Position numbers and translations under genes: made by a program | DNA from: Escherichia coli | GTDB lineage: Bacteria; Pseudomonadota; Gammaproteobacteria; Enterobacterales; Enterobacteriaceae | Direction: 5' to 3' (one strand) | Length of the DNA stretch: 64,000 nt | Assembly: GCF_003991155.1 (NCBI RefSeq) | Contig: NZ_CP031293.1 | Part shown: piece by piece, positions 1-11,385 of the stretch | Layout of the letters: each line of letters opens with the position of its first letter | Position numbering within the stretch: the stretch's first letter is position 1 | The notes under the pieces: generated by a model | Database searches by the model: none | Told to the model about the DNA's origin: nothing | The model's input: the letters and a program-made list of their open reading frames with translations, nothing else

Positions 1-414
1 TCGTCTTTTGGGATCAATGTCGTGATAAACGAGCGTACGATTTTTGAGCTTGACGCAGTGGCTGAGCTGGCGCAACAGTTTGGTGCTAGTGAATTGCTGT
101 TGTTGCCTCAGCAAGCAACTAATGCAGTCGCAAGTATGGACGAATTGGTCGGCCGAGAGCTTCAAAACTGGGTCTCTAGCTATAGAGGAAAGGTTCGACT
201 TGCAGTAAGTGAGGTGGGAGCGTCAGGGCTCCCCATATGTGACCCTCTTCCTAATGAAACAGGCCTTCAAGCCTACGCGCATATAGACGCTTCCGGGATA
301 TTGCGCACGAGTTCTTATTCAACCACAGGTATGGATATTGAAGAAACTGGTGTTATGTCCGCGCTTAAACGGCTTAGAAATACCTTAGAGATTAAACAAG
401 GGACACAATCATGA
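1..414 (+). CDS. hypothetical protein, 5'-partial (reading frame open to window edge)
   Basis: Frame is open from nt 1 (no upstream in-frame stop); stop overlaps the next start as ATGA at 411-414. Confidence 0.35.
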   Translation, partial: SSFGINVVINERTIFELDAVAELAQQFGASELLLLPQQATNAVASMDELVGRELQNWVSSYRGKVRLAVSEVGASGLPICDPLPNETGLQAYAHIDASGILRTSSYSTTGMDIEETGVMSALKRLRNTLEIKQGTQS

Positions 415-818
415 AAATTTGGAACGGATACGGATCTGAGCATTCGATGAACTTAGTTCTCATCGGAAAATTCAAGCAAGAGCAAGATGCAGTGAAGGTC
501 GAGAAGGATATTAAAACGCTCAGTACTCAGGCTGAGAAAGATGAATGTTACTCGATCCCTTTTGATGAGCCAGAGAATCAACGGTTTTCATATGAAATGC
601 TCTCATTACTATGCAGCCTAAAACTCCACACTTTAGGACCAACCGATCTTGGTCAATTGGTGTCAGATCATCATCTAGATCGCGAAGGCGATAGAATAAC
701 AATAACTACTGATGAGGCAGAGGTATCCGCGTTCGTGAAGCTGTTTGTCGAGGCTGGAGCAAAGGTCGAGATTTTCTCAGCGCATGACTATCCGTCCGAT
801 TCCAGCGATGCCAGTTGA
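411..818 (+). CDS. hypothetical small protein (135 aa), translationally coupled between flanking genes
   Basis: ATG overlaps upstream stop (ATGA); its own stop at 816-818 overlaps the TTG 815 of the large downstream ORF. No family recognised. Confidence 0.4.
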   Translation: MKIWNGYGSEHSMNLVLIGKFKQEQDAVKVEKDIKTLSTQAEKDECYSIPFDEPENQRFSYEMLSLLCSLKLHTLGPTDLGQLVSDHHLDREGDRITITTDEAEVSAFVKLFVEAGAKVEIFSAHDYPSDSSDAS

Positions 819-832
819 CAGAGGATGCATTG

Positions 833-3800
833 ATGCCTGAAGTAAATTGGAAAGTATTCAACGAACTGCCCGGTGCAGCAGATGTGAACTTCGAAAACCT
901 TTGCCGCGCTCTGGTACGCCGACACTATGGTCGTTTCGGTCGCTTTAAGCAACTCGCAAATCAGCCTGGGGTGGAGTTTCACCTCGAGCTGACGGAGCCT
1001 TGTGATCTCGGTGCGCCACCAGGTTGGATTGGTTGGCAATGCAAGTGGTATGAACTGGTGAATGGACAAGATTTGGGAGCCTCCCGCCGCAACAAGATCA
1101 TCGAAGGTATCGAAAAGACGCGTAAGCATGTCCCTGGAGTGACCAATTGGAAGCTTTGGACTCATCACACGTTAACAAAAGGTGATCAAGAGTGGTTTTT
1201 CGCGCTAGAGCAAGACCGCTTCCCAGAATTGAAGTTAGAACTGCTCACAGCTACGGATATCGAAGATCTTTTGGTCGGACCGGGAGCGCTTTTACGAGAA
1301 ACCTACTTTGGTGAACTGGTTCTAACTCCAGAGCTAATTGCTGAGCAGTATAAGCTTGCAGTGGCCCCATTTAAGAACCGCTACCAGCCAGATGTTCATG
1401 TAGCGGTGGGGGCTGAGGAGAATATATTCAGGCATCTGTGCAGCCAAAACGCATGGGAATCTCTGGAAGAACTCTCAAACGCTTTAAAAAAGAATCATAC
1501 GAGCATTGCTTCGGTTACTGAGCAACTCAAAACTGAGCTCAGGGCTGAAGTTGAATTACTCCTGGCCCGGGTTATTGGGTTGACTGAGTTTATTGATGGC
1601 TTACACGCGGCGCTCGGCAAAGGTGACTTTAACTCTGTATATCAAGCGTTGGTTTCAAATCCGCGTCAGCCGGTACGTTATGACAGGCTACTTTCGAAAT
1701 TGCGTGGAGCGCGCTTTGACGGGGCTCCGTTAACCGCTAATTTGGTTGCAGATATCCACGCGGTTTCGTCAGTTCTCCGCAGTCTGGAGCAATCGATTAG
1801 TGCTCGGGCGGTTGCTGTTCTTGCGGCGGCGGGGGAAGGTAAGTCTGAACTTGCAGTCAAGGTAACACAGCCAGAAGGGGCGTTCCTAGGGGGAATCCTC
1901 CTATTAGGCAAGAATCTTCATTCAGGCCAGGGGCTTGATGATCTCGTATCTGCCTTCAAGATTTCTGGGAGACCAGCAGAAAGTTTTGACCGCCTGATTG
2001 AGGCCGTAGATGCGGCAGGCCAGCGTGCAGGTAAACGCATACCTATTGTTATTGACGGTCTGAATGAGGCGGAAGATCCGAGAAATTGGAAGGATGAATT
2101 ATCCCGAGTGGATGAGCTTCTAAAGAATTTTCCTTATGTCTTGTTAGTTGTCACTCTTCGCAATGAATTCGCCCAGATGTGTCTGCCTGAGGGGTTTCCC
2201 CAAGTTGAACATAATGGGTTTCAGGAAGATCCGAAGACAGCATTTGACAAGTATTTTGAGTACTACAAGATCGATGCTACTGATGCGGATCTACCAGTCG
2301 AACTCTTGCAGCACCCCTTAACACTGAGAATTTTTTGCGAAGTAGCAAATTCTCCTCGTCAGCATATTGTCGGAGTGGAAGCATTGCCCCGTTCGCTTGC
2401 AAGCCTGTTCGAAGCTCACTTTAACAAGGTTGCAGCACGAGTCGCTGAGCTTTCACCGACGATGCATCGCATTTATCAAGATGACGTTCAGGATGCACTA
2501 CTAACGATCGCGGGTCTTCTTTGGGATAACAATGCGAGAAGTGTGGATTTTCAGGCTACACGGATGGCAGTTCGGGATATGGGGTGGGACGACAGTATTA
2601 TTCGTGCACTGGAGTCTGAAGGCATTCTCGTTCGGACTATTTCTCCAGAAGGTAGGCAAGGAGTTGCGTTTGCATACGACCTAATGGCCGGACATATGAT
2701 GGCGCGCAACCTGCTTATGAAGCCTGAACTGGTGCAATGGCTACAAAGCGATGAAGGGAACGCAAAATTTAAATCTCATGGACCTGATTCGCATACCTTC
2801 GCTTATGACGTATTACGGGCTCTGGTTGATCTGTATCCGCAACACTCTGGTAGGCGGCAGCTTTGGCAAGACTTGTCGGATGATATACTCGTTATGAACG
2901 CTCTGCTATTGACGACGCAATCGGATCCAAGATATATCGGGCGGGCTACTGTTGAACGATTTGCTCAAGCTATGCAGGAGTCGAAGCGGTTTGCACAACT
3001 TGCCTTCGAGAGACTACGGAGCACTAGGGCTGCGCTGGCACATCCGTTTGATATGAGCTTTTTGCATGATGTGCTAATGGCTATGTCCAACACTCAGCGC
3101 GATCTTTTTTGGTCAGAGTGGATTCGTCAGAAATCTGAACAAGTTAAAGACGACTTAAAATTCTTGTCGACGAGATGGAAATCGGGTCATCTGGATGAGC
3201 GTGAACTTCGAAGAGTTCGCTGGGTAATGTGGACACTGACGACGACATCCAGAGCTTTGCGGGATATGGCTACCAAAGCCCTGTATGAATTTGCCATCAG
3301 GCGGCCAGAAGAGTTTTTCCGGTTAGCGACGGAGACAATTGTAGTTTCAGACCCATATGTCCCCGAGCGAGTGTTCGCCGCAGCCTACGGTGCAGTCCTG
3401 ACCACTTGGTCGGATATCGATGCGGTAGAGTTACATGATGCGTTGCCACGGTTCGCTCGTGAGATTTACCAAACCATGTTTGCACCTGGCGCTACAGCCC
3501 CTACCTGGCATGCATTACATCAGCAGTACTGTTTGGGAATCATTGCCATTGCGAGGATGGTCGATCCAAATTGTTTTTCAGAGGACGAAGCTGTTTATCT
3601 TCTTCCGCCATTTAGCCATCTGCCTAACGTATTTGAAAGCATTCAACCGTACGATCCAGAGATGATTGGGCGAGCGGAGAGCGCAGCGATTCAAATGGAC
3701 TTTGGTAACTATACGATTGGTGGACTTATTCCAGACAGAGCGAACTACGATGACAGTAATCCGGAGTACCAACAGGTGTTGCAGGCCATTGTTTCTCGAA

Positions 3801-4891
3801 TGCTGATGCTTGGTTATGACCCTGAGCAGTTTGAAGCTGTTGATCGGCAAATGTACTCCGGTTCTCGTATGGGAGATGACAAGCACAAAATCGATCGATA
3901 TGGCAAAAAGTACGGCTGGATAGCTTACTTCGAGATGTGGGGGATACGATACGCGCAGGGCCTCCTTTCCGAAGAACGCAGTGCTCGCCCATCAGATGCT
4001 GATATCGATCCAACGTTTCCGCAAAAAGTAGAGAGTATTAGTTTGTCACTCCCAGTCTTATTTAACGATCCGTCTGTGGATGATGGTGACTGGATCGTGG
4101 GAGGCCCGCTACCTGACTACCGTAGCATCCTTGAGATTACGGAGGTTGATGGTCTGACGGGGCCATGGATCCTACTTGACGGTTTTGTTGAGCAAAATGC
4201 TACCTCGGATGACCGACAGATTTTCACTTTCCTGCGAGGAGTATTCGTAGATAGCCAAGAAGTTGACAATCTATGTAGGTTGTTCATTGATCTTGAATAT
4301 CCTGGCAATAGCGCCATCCCTGATGCTCCTGGCTACTATTACACCTATGCGGGTGAGATGCCTTTCCCGACTATTCCGGGGCTGCTAGTCGCTAATGAAC
4401 AAGAGGATGATAGCGATGAAAATTTGGTGTTCGCAGAAAGATGGTCAGGCAATGGCGTTGCGGTAGATATCACAGTGCAGGACTACAACTGGGAGAGCTA
4501 CCATAGCGTGGAGAACCAAAGCAGCGGTGCGAGCCTGCCCTCAAAGCAACTTTGTGAGGCTTTGAATCTCAGATACTGTGCAAACAAATGGGATTTGCAT
4601 GATGCTGCAGGTGTAGCGTCACTTTACCGCAAAATTGACGAAAATGGTTCGGACGTCAGTGGCTCTGTCAGCTATCTACGTCGTGATCTACTTGACCGCT
4701 ATTTGATGCAATCCGGTAAGGTATTGGTATGGCTTATGTGGGGAGAGCGTGGTTTTCATTACCGGTCCAACAAGACACGCAATTTGCACAGGTATTACGT
4801 GAATCACCAACATATTCACAAGCGTATTCATATCCATCAGATAGCTTCGAGTACTAGTAACCCAAATATTGCGGATGGAGTCGCTATATGA
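833..4891 (+). CDS. STAND-class P-loop NTPase, Avs/NLR-like, with N-terminal Mrr-like (PD-(D/E)xK, QxK variant) nuclease-type domain
   Basis: Walker A-like AAAGEGKSELA and Walker B-like IPIVIDGLNEAED (the hhhhDGLNE form typical of NACHT/STAND NTPases); N-terminal NFENLCRALV...GWQCKWY resembles the Mrr catalytic core; long C-terminal region. ORF track starts at TTG 815; first ATG is 833. Confidence 0.55.
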   Translation: MPEVNWKVFNELPGAADVNFENLCRALVRRHYGRFGRFKQLANQPGVEFHLELTEPCDLGAPPGWIGWQCKWYELVNGQDLGASRRNKIIEGIEKTRKHVPGVTNWKLWTHHTLTKGDQEWFFALEQDRFPELKLELLTATDIEDLLVGPGALLRETYFGELVLTPELIAEQYKLAVAPFKNRYQPDVHVAVGAEENIFRHLCSQNAWESLEELSNALKKNHTSIASVTEQLKTELRAEVELLLARVIGLTEFIDGLHAALGKGDFNSVYQALVSNPRQPVRYDRLLSKLRGARFDGAPLTANLVADIHAVSSVLRSLEQSISARAVAVLAAAGEGKSELAVKVTQPEGAFLGGILLLGKNLHSGQGLDDLVSAFKISGRPAESFDRLIEAVDAAGQRAGKRIPIVIDGLNEAEDPRNWKDELSRVDELLKNFPYVLLVVTLRNEFAQMCLPEGFPQVEHNGFQEDPKTAFDKYFEYYKIDATDADLPVELLQHPLTLRIFCEVANSPRQHIVGVEALPRSLASLFEAHFNKVAARVAELSPTMHRIYQDDVQDALLTIAGLLWDNNARSVDFQATRMAVRDMGWDDSIIRALESEGILVRTISPEGRQGVAFAYDLMAGHMMARNLLMKPELVQWLQSDEGNAKFKSHGPDSHTFAYDVLRALVDLYPQHSGRRQLWQDLSDDILVMNALLLTTQSDPRYIGRATVERFAQAMQESKRFAQLAFERLRSTRAALAHPFDMSFLHDVLMAMSNTQRDLFWSEWIRQKSEQVKDDLKFLSTRWKSGHLDERELRRVRWVMWTLTTTSRALRDMATKALYEFAIRRPEEFFRLATETIVVSDPYVPERVFAAAYGAVLTTWSDIDAVELHDALPRFAREIYQTMFAPGATAPTWHALHQQYCLGIIAIARMVDPNCFSEDEAVYLLPPFSHLPNVFESIQPYDPEMIGRAESAAIQMDFGNYTIGGLIPDRANYDDSNPEYQQVLQAIVSRMLMLGYDPEQFEAVDRQMYSGSRMGDDKHKIDRYGKKYGWIAYFEMWGIRYAQGLLSEERSARPSDADIDPTFPQKVESISLSLPVLFNDPSVDDGDWIVGGPLPDYRSILEITEVDGLTGPWILLDGFVEQNATSDDRQIFTFLRGVFVDSQEVDNLCRLFIDLEYPGNSAIPDAPGYYYTYAGEMPFPTIPGLLVANEQEDDSDENLVFAERWSGNGVAVDITVQDYNWESYHSVENQSSGASLPSKQLCEALNLRYCANKWDLHDAAGVASLYRKIDENGSDVSGSVSYLRRDLLDRYLMQSGKVLVWLMWGERGFHYRSNKTRNLHRYYVNHQHIHKRIHIHQIASSTSNPNIADGVAI

Positions 4892-5049
4892 GTTACGACT
4901 TCAGAAATCTTTCATCCGCAAACTTTGAGGATCTTGTGCGGGATCTTATCGAAAAAGAAGAAGGGTTCGCTTCGAAGCATTCTCTGTGGGGGCTGATAAT
5001 GATATTGATGGCCGACACGCACATGCTGGAGGGAATGTCAGTTTATAGG
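4888..5049 (+). pseudogene. 53-codon remnant beginning a Mrr-like nuclease domain, ATGA-coupled to the STAND gene stop
   Basis: ATG 4888 overlaps the STAND stop (4889-4891); MSYDFRNLSSANFEDLVRDLIEKEEGF parallels the N-terminal motif of the upstream STAND protein, then terminates early; followed by about 1.2 kb AT-rich ORF-free DNA. Confidence 0.3.
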
Positions 5050-6264
5050 TAAAACCTTATGAAGGGGCGTCGTTTAGTATACTGATGGCTATTATGAAGT
5101 GTGAGTGGTTGTCTAAAGATAAGCTAGCCCTCACACGCTGTATCAAGCGACCTCTTGTTAGCTTACTCCAGCTAGCAAGAGTAAACTTTCCCCACTCATA
5201 GGGCTATGTTTGAAGTCCGAGTCGGAAATTGGGGGGCAGAAGACATAAAAGGTCTCCTTAAGAAGTCTTCTTGTCTGTACAAAAACTCTTATTTTGACAA
5301 AGAGCATTGTAGTTATTAACAGGCTGATTAATAAATTTAAAAATAAGTCGTCAGGAACACCAGATTAGCTACCCAAATTCTCATGCCGTGGAAGCGGAAG
5401 AAAAATACTCCCCTGAATATCTTCATATCGGATATACATAATAAGCTTGAGGTTGTATATTTGAAGAATTGAGTAGCCAGAGCCTTGTTGACATAAAGCG
5501 ACACGAACAACATGTTACTTAAAATATCACGAGTATATATTCAGACTTGTTTATGTTGCGACATGGATTCTACAGGCAGCTGGCTGAAACAGTGAGTCAG
5601 AAAAATTTACAGGAGCGCCATAGTCATTAATGGATATCCGTAATATGCTGATGCAAAAGGGTAAGGAGTTTGCCGGTAATCTGCGGTGTTAGACGACAAT
5701 TACAAAACGACCTTAGGCGTCAATTACCGCTGAAAAAAGTGACAGATCACTTTCTATAAAATGCTGCCGTATGACCGACAGATTTATTCCGCTTTATAGC
5801 CATGACTGTTCGGTGCTCACTTCGCTGCGCTCCGCCTCAGTCCTGCCTAAAAAGCGTTGCAGGTTAGTTTGTATCGGCCTAATGAAAGGCTGTTTTAGCG
5901 AAGCGTAAATGTGACATCTTATCTGGTCTAATCTCTTTGCGATAATTGACGCAAAAGCATGGGCTGTAATTGTCACGCAATACTGCGGCAAGTCTCATGA
6001 TGATGCCTCTGACAGGGATCTCCGTAGCCATTAACTGGTCGATTGGTAAGCTAAAACAAAAAAATTGAATTTGTCAAGACAGCCATAATGACTACCATTT
6101 TCGTCTCTGCTTTTCCATCCTGAAATTAATGGCTATCATATTCGCAATAGACAACATCATCTTACTTGCACTCAACTATAACTAATGCTGAGTGCAAGAA
6201 ACGGGGATTATATCCCCTATCAAGGACCTGTTGAAATATTAGTCTGGAATTTCGAGGCTGTAAT

Positions 6265-6789
6265 TTAAATTGCTCCATTTGCCTTAGCATCAAGAATGAA
6301 TTTTTCATACTCGCGTTCTGCAACAACAACAGGGACTGTTTTGCGATTATATAATTGCATTAATAACAATGTACGATGCCTTCCATCAGAAACACCAAAT
6401 TCACTGTTAGATGCCTCTGGATATTCAACATACCCTTTTGATATATATTTTTTGATTTTATGCCATCTACGCGGATCAATGCAGAATGCTCCATCTCCTA
6501 ATTTTTTAAGAAAGGCTAGCCCATCGACATATACAATCCTGGTAGGACAATGCCGATAGCGTACAGGAAGGGTAAAGATAATATTTTCAAAAACAGGGAA
6601 AGTAAGACCTGAATCATCTTTAGGTATTGACTCAAAGGAATCAAAAGGATATTTTGTCATGTAATCATTTAGTTTTTCAATATCCATATTGGAAAACCAC
6701 GATACTTCCGGGAGAAATTTTTTATCTCTTTCTCTAATTTCTTTGATCGAATCTCCAAATATATCATCTAACCTCCACCCCTCTTTCAT
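6265..6789 (-). CDS. hypothetical protein with C-terminal ParB/Srx-like DGRHR motif
   Basis: 174 aa; GVSDGRHRTLLLMQL near the C-terminus resembles the DGxHR signature of ParB/sulfiredoxin-fold nuclease domains; AT-rich gene downstream of an Rhs immunity gene. Confidence 0.45.
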   Translation of the reverse strand: MKEGWRLDDIFGDSIKEIRERDKKFLPEVSWFSNMDIEKLNDYMTKYPFDSFESIPKDDSGLTFPVFENIIFTLPVRYRHCPTRIVYVDGLAFLKKLGDGAFCIDPRRWHKIKKYISKGYVEYPEASNSEFGVSDGRHRTLLLMQLYNRKTVPVVVAEREYEKFILDAKANGAI

Positions 6790-6833
6790 TTATGCTCCTA
6801 AAATAATGTGATATTAAAAATTCTGTTAATAAG

Positions 6834-7349
6834 TCAAATTTTATGAATACTAATAAGGGGTTTGCACCACTCAACCGAGAGAATATCTTCCATTTTATAA
6901 AAAACGCCATAATCACTTTGATTATAATGCTCAATTTTATCAGCCATTTGTAATCTAATTTTGTCTTTGTAAATTCTACTTCGGATCAAACTGGCGAAAT
7001 TATATATATCAACCCTCAGATTGATAATATTATTTCTATCTGGGCGTCTTTCATGTAACATATCACGAAAAGAAACAAGTAACGTAATTAATTTTTTAGC
7101 CTCATTATTTTTAATATATCCTTTTTTAAAGATGCATAATATTAATTTTGAAATTAAGCTGATTTTTATTTGTAAATTATAGATAGCATTATCGTTTGTC
7201 AGGCAGGTTATGACTTCAATTACTTCACGTGAGCGAATATAATTGTCCAGTGCTTCCCATTCATCCATTCCTCGATGCATTGAAAGTTCCAATTGCCTTA
7301 AAAAAGCATATAACCCCAATAAGAAGTCGCTATTGCAGTATATTTTCAT
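6834..7349 (-). CDS. putative Rhs immunity protein (cognate to orphan Rhs-CT at 7346-8737)
   Basis: 171 aa, AT-rich, immediately downstream of the Rhs-CT gene with a 4-bp ATGA overlap; family not recognised. Confidence 0.5.
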   Translation of the reverse strand: MKIYCNSDFLLGLYAFLRQLELSMHRGMDEWEALDNYIRSREVIEVITCLTNDNAIYNLQIKISLISKLILCIFKKGYIKNNEAKKLITLLVSFRDMLHERRPDRNNIINLRVDIYNFASLIRSRIYKDKIRLQMADKIEHYNQSDYGVFYKMEDILSVEWCKPLISIHKI

Positions 7350-8737
7350 GAATCACATCCTTTAATAAAACTCATTATTCGTGACCAAAAAGAGTCTTTT
7401 TTGTATATAGGGTTTTTATCGTTTAATGGTAAAGGATCGTCTGTTGGTATAACGGCTGTATTTCTTGGCCCAACATTTGTTTTAGTAAGTGAATCTTTGG
7501 AAGCATCAAACTCTACATAAGAACCATTCTTCCATGCCCCTGTTTCTGCACCTGCCGTTTTAGGATCTCCAAATGGCTCCACCTCAACGTGTACACCAAC
7601 AGGATTGCCTCTGGCAGGGTTGATAGACCCATCCTTGCTAATTCCATCAATACCCTCTGTTGAAGTATGATGTCTAACTCTAACAGTATCGTCACCAGTT
7701 AACCCTAACGGATCAATAATTTTTAGCGGATTAAATACATATCCATACAGGCAATCCCCACCTCTCAGCCCCATCGGATCAGCACACAGATACTGCCCCG
7801 TATCGCAATCATAATACCTGAATCGGTTATAGTACAGGCCTGACTCAACATCCTCGTACTGCCCCGGAAAACGTAACCGGCATGTGGGCGCATCTTCTTT
7901 ACTGATGCCTTCCTCACGCCCCCAGAGCTGCTGCTTGCCTTTCCAGACTATCAGACCCTCTTCGGTCAGCAGTTCTTGTACGCGGCCAGTTGTGTCTGTT
8001 ACCGCATAATGCAGTTGCCCCTTTTCATAACGCGCAAACGGCGTGAAATCTCCCGGCTCGTATATCCAGCGGATGGCGTTTTCATCTTCCGGTTTGCCGT
8101 CAGCGCCAACCGGAATTTCCGCCGTCAACTGGTCGCCGTTCCAGTGAAAATCCATGCCGCGTTTGTCGCGGCTGGTACAGCGCTTGCTGATGCGCCTGCC
8201 GAACGGGTCATACTTATATTCCCAGCGTTCGCCCTCCGGTGTTTCCAGTCCGGTCAACTGGCTGCGTGCATCCCATTTATAACGCCATTCCAGTGGGCGA
8301 TAACCCCCTTTATCCACCAGTTTCTGTACCAGCCTGCCGTTAACATCATATTTCCAGGTGATGTTGTGCGCATTCACCACCCGGACAAATCTCCCGTCTT
8401 CCCCTTTTCCGGTGTCCGGGTTGATGCGATGCGTCGAGTGCCGCCAGCCTTCATGTTCCCGCGATACCACACGACCATGCTGCTGTTGCTGGTGCGTCTC
8501 GCTTTCCAGTACGTTATTCACCCTGATCTGGCGACGGGTAATGTTCAGGTTTTTATCGTAAGTGAACAGCTCCTCGCACAGCGGAAACTGGCTGGAATCA
8601 CCCGTCCAGGTGGCGTGGCTTATCTGGTCGTTTGCCGTGATGGTGTTGAACATGGAGCCGCGCAGCGAGTCGGCGATTGCGGTGAGGTTATACGCTTTGT
8701 CGTAGCTTCGCTGCGTCGGGAGGTTTCCATGCCGCAC
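7346..8737 (-). CDS. orphan Rhs C-terminal fragment: end of YD-repeat core plus variable C-terminal toxin domain
   Basis: YD-repeat-like segments (YKYDPFGRR, WIYEPGDFTP) and the core-terminating motif YYNRFRYYDCDTGQYLCADPMGL...DPLGL, followed by a ~115-aa unrelated C-terminal domain; GC-rich core against AT-rich tip. No full-length Rhs N-terminus upstream. Confidence 0.75.
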   Translation of the reverse strand: MRHGNLPTQRSYDKAYNLTAIADSLRGSMFNTITANDQISHATWTGDSSQFPLCEELFTYDKNLNITRRQIRVNNVLESETHQQQQHGRVVSREHEGWRHSTHRINPDTGKGEDGRFVRVVNAHNITWKYDVNGRLVQKLVDKGGYRPLEWRYKWDARSQLTGLETPEGERWEYKYDPFGRRISKRCTSRDKRGMDFHWNGDQLTAEIPVGADGKPEDENAIRWIYEPGDFTPFARYEKGQLHYAVTDTTGRVQELLTEEGLIVWKGKQQLWGREEGISKEDAPTCRLRFPGQYEDVESGLYYNRFRYYDCDTGQYLCADPMGLRGGDCLYGYVFNPLKIIDPLGLTGDDTVRVRHHTSTEGIDGISKDGSINPARGNPVGVHVEVEPFGDPKTAGAETGAWKNGSYVEFDASKDSLTKTNVGPRNTAVIPTDDPLPLNDKNPIYKKDSFWSRIMSFIKGCDS

Positions 8738-8850
8738 AGGTCGTGCTCAAATGTCAGCGGGGCATGGTCCGCTATTCGCCATGACGTAAGATGCCCCATC
8801 AGGTCGCGGGTGAAGCGTTCTGTGATACCCTCAGCCTGTAATTTTACAGG

Positions 8851-9285
8851 TTAAATGGGGAATTTTTCTTCAATGAGCTTCAAGCCAAGTAATGCCATAT
8901 CATGAATATCTTCATCATGCGATTGAGCCGAAATTTTCAACCCGTTTACCATTCTTTTATCTGGGAAAGACATTGTTAATATAGTACACCAAAGCCTAAC
9001 GCTTTTTATTGTGTTAGGATTTTCGAGTATGTTAACGATATTTATAACAACATCATTAAAATCACACTTATAGAGAAAATCCTCAACAATTTGATATACT
9101 CCAAGACCATCACCCTCACCAAAAGATCGCAAAAATAAAGGTATTGCATCTTTATCGGGATGGGAAAGAAAGTAAATTCGTACCTCATCGTATTTATCTA
9201 TAAGATCCTGAGTAATATCACAATCCGCGGGCATTGGTTGATGTAGTGACAGGAACTCTAATGCTTCTTTTTTATTCATATTCAT
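8851..9285 (-). CDS. putative Rhs immunity protein (cognate to the IS-truncated Rhs-CT at 9282-9763)
   Basis: Small ORF starting immediately after the upstream toxin stop; likely start at the internal Met (MNMNKKEALEF). Confidence 0.45.
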   Translation of the reverse strand: MNMNKKEALEFLSLHQPMPADCDITQDLIDKYDEVRIYFLSHPDKDAIPLFLRSFGEGDGLGVYQIVEDFLYKCDFNDVVINIVNILENPNTIKSVRLWCTILTMSFPDKRMVNGLKISAQSHDEDIHDMALLGLKLIEEKFPI

Positions 9286-9763
9286 ATATTTAATGATTCC
9301 CAAAGTTTTTTATTCTGTCTGGCTAACTCATATAGTTGTTCAGTGATGACCTTTTTATCATAGCCTGCATTTGTTAAGATTTTTCTTAGGTCATCTATAT
9401 CCCTTTTCAAATATTGTTCTTTTGTCAAACCTCGAACAAATGCTCGTCTGAATGTCCAGGTAAGAGCATGTAAATCTTTACGCAGATTTATCGTAATTCC
9501 CTTACATTTTGTTGTGGGGCTTACCGCATCCTGAATGGCATGATGAGGTGTATGAGTTGCATTAAGCCCTGTTTTACCATTCGCATAAATTGAAGAACCA
9601 TATGTACCAACGTATAAATCTTCTCCTGGACCAGCTAACAATCCCAAGGGATCAATCCATACCAGTGGATTTGGAGCGTAATTGTAAAGGTTTACTCCCC
9701 CCGACAGTCCAATCGGATCAGCACACAGATACTGTCCTGTCTCGCAATCATAGTACCGGAACC
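9282..9763 (-). pseudogene. Rhs core tip plus C-terminal toxin domain, 5'-truncated by the IS3-family element
   Basis: Rhs-derived coding begins at RFRYYDCETGQYLCADPIGL...DPLGL exactly at the IS left terminus (9764); the annotated Met and first ~16 codons are read from IS terminal sequence. C-terminal domain of unknown family. Confidence 0.65.
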
Positions 9764-11013
<1,250 letters not shown>

Positions 11014-11016
11014 CCA

Positions 11017-11385
11017 CTACAATGAGAGCATAAGTACACCTGCCGTCATTTCTGGTACGGCAACGCCCCCCGGTGTATAAGCTGTCCCGTTAATGATGAT
11101 GTCACAGGCGGGTTTCAGGGGGGCGAGGTCGCTTTCGCGCAGTACCGGAGATGTGTTCATCTCCCCGGCATACTCATCTTCCACACACAGCGGTAGCGGC
11201 GGGTTTTCGATAAGTTGGGTTTGCCACTGACCATTTTCGTCCCGTTGCAGCCGGAAGCCCGTTTTCATGGCGATAACGCGGTGACGTTCGCTATGTTTAT
11301 CATCCATCGCATATTCTATCGCTGAAAACGGCGTCAGGTTACGAAATTCCATATTGCACCCCGATCCCGTCTGTACCTGTCGCAA
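11017..11385 (-). pseudogene. N-terminal fragment of a gene truncated at the IS right end
   Basis: ORF runs into the IS right terminus and hits a stop inside the inverted repeat. N-terminus MEFRNLTPF... is tentatively reminiscent of T6SS-associated DUF2169-type proteins, from memory only. Confidence 0.35.

Noticed and set aside
5600-6060. Possible retron-like or structured ncRNA in the AT-rich tract
   Set aside because: Only short imperfect complementary segments are present and there is no reverse transcriptase gene nearby; insufficient evidence.
7976-8854. 292-aa plus-strand ORF
   Set aside because: Entirely antisense to the Rhs core fragment; GC-rich Rhs DNA commonly yields long spurious antisense ORFs.
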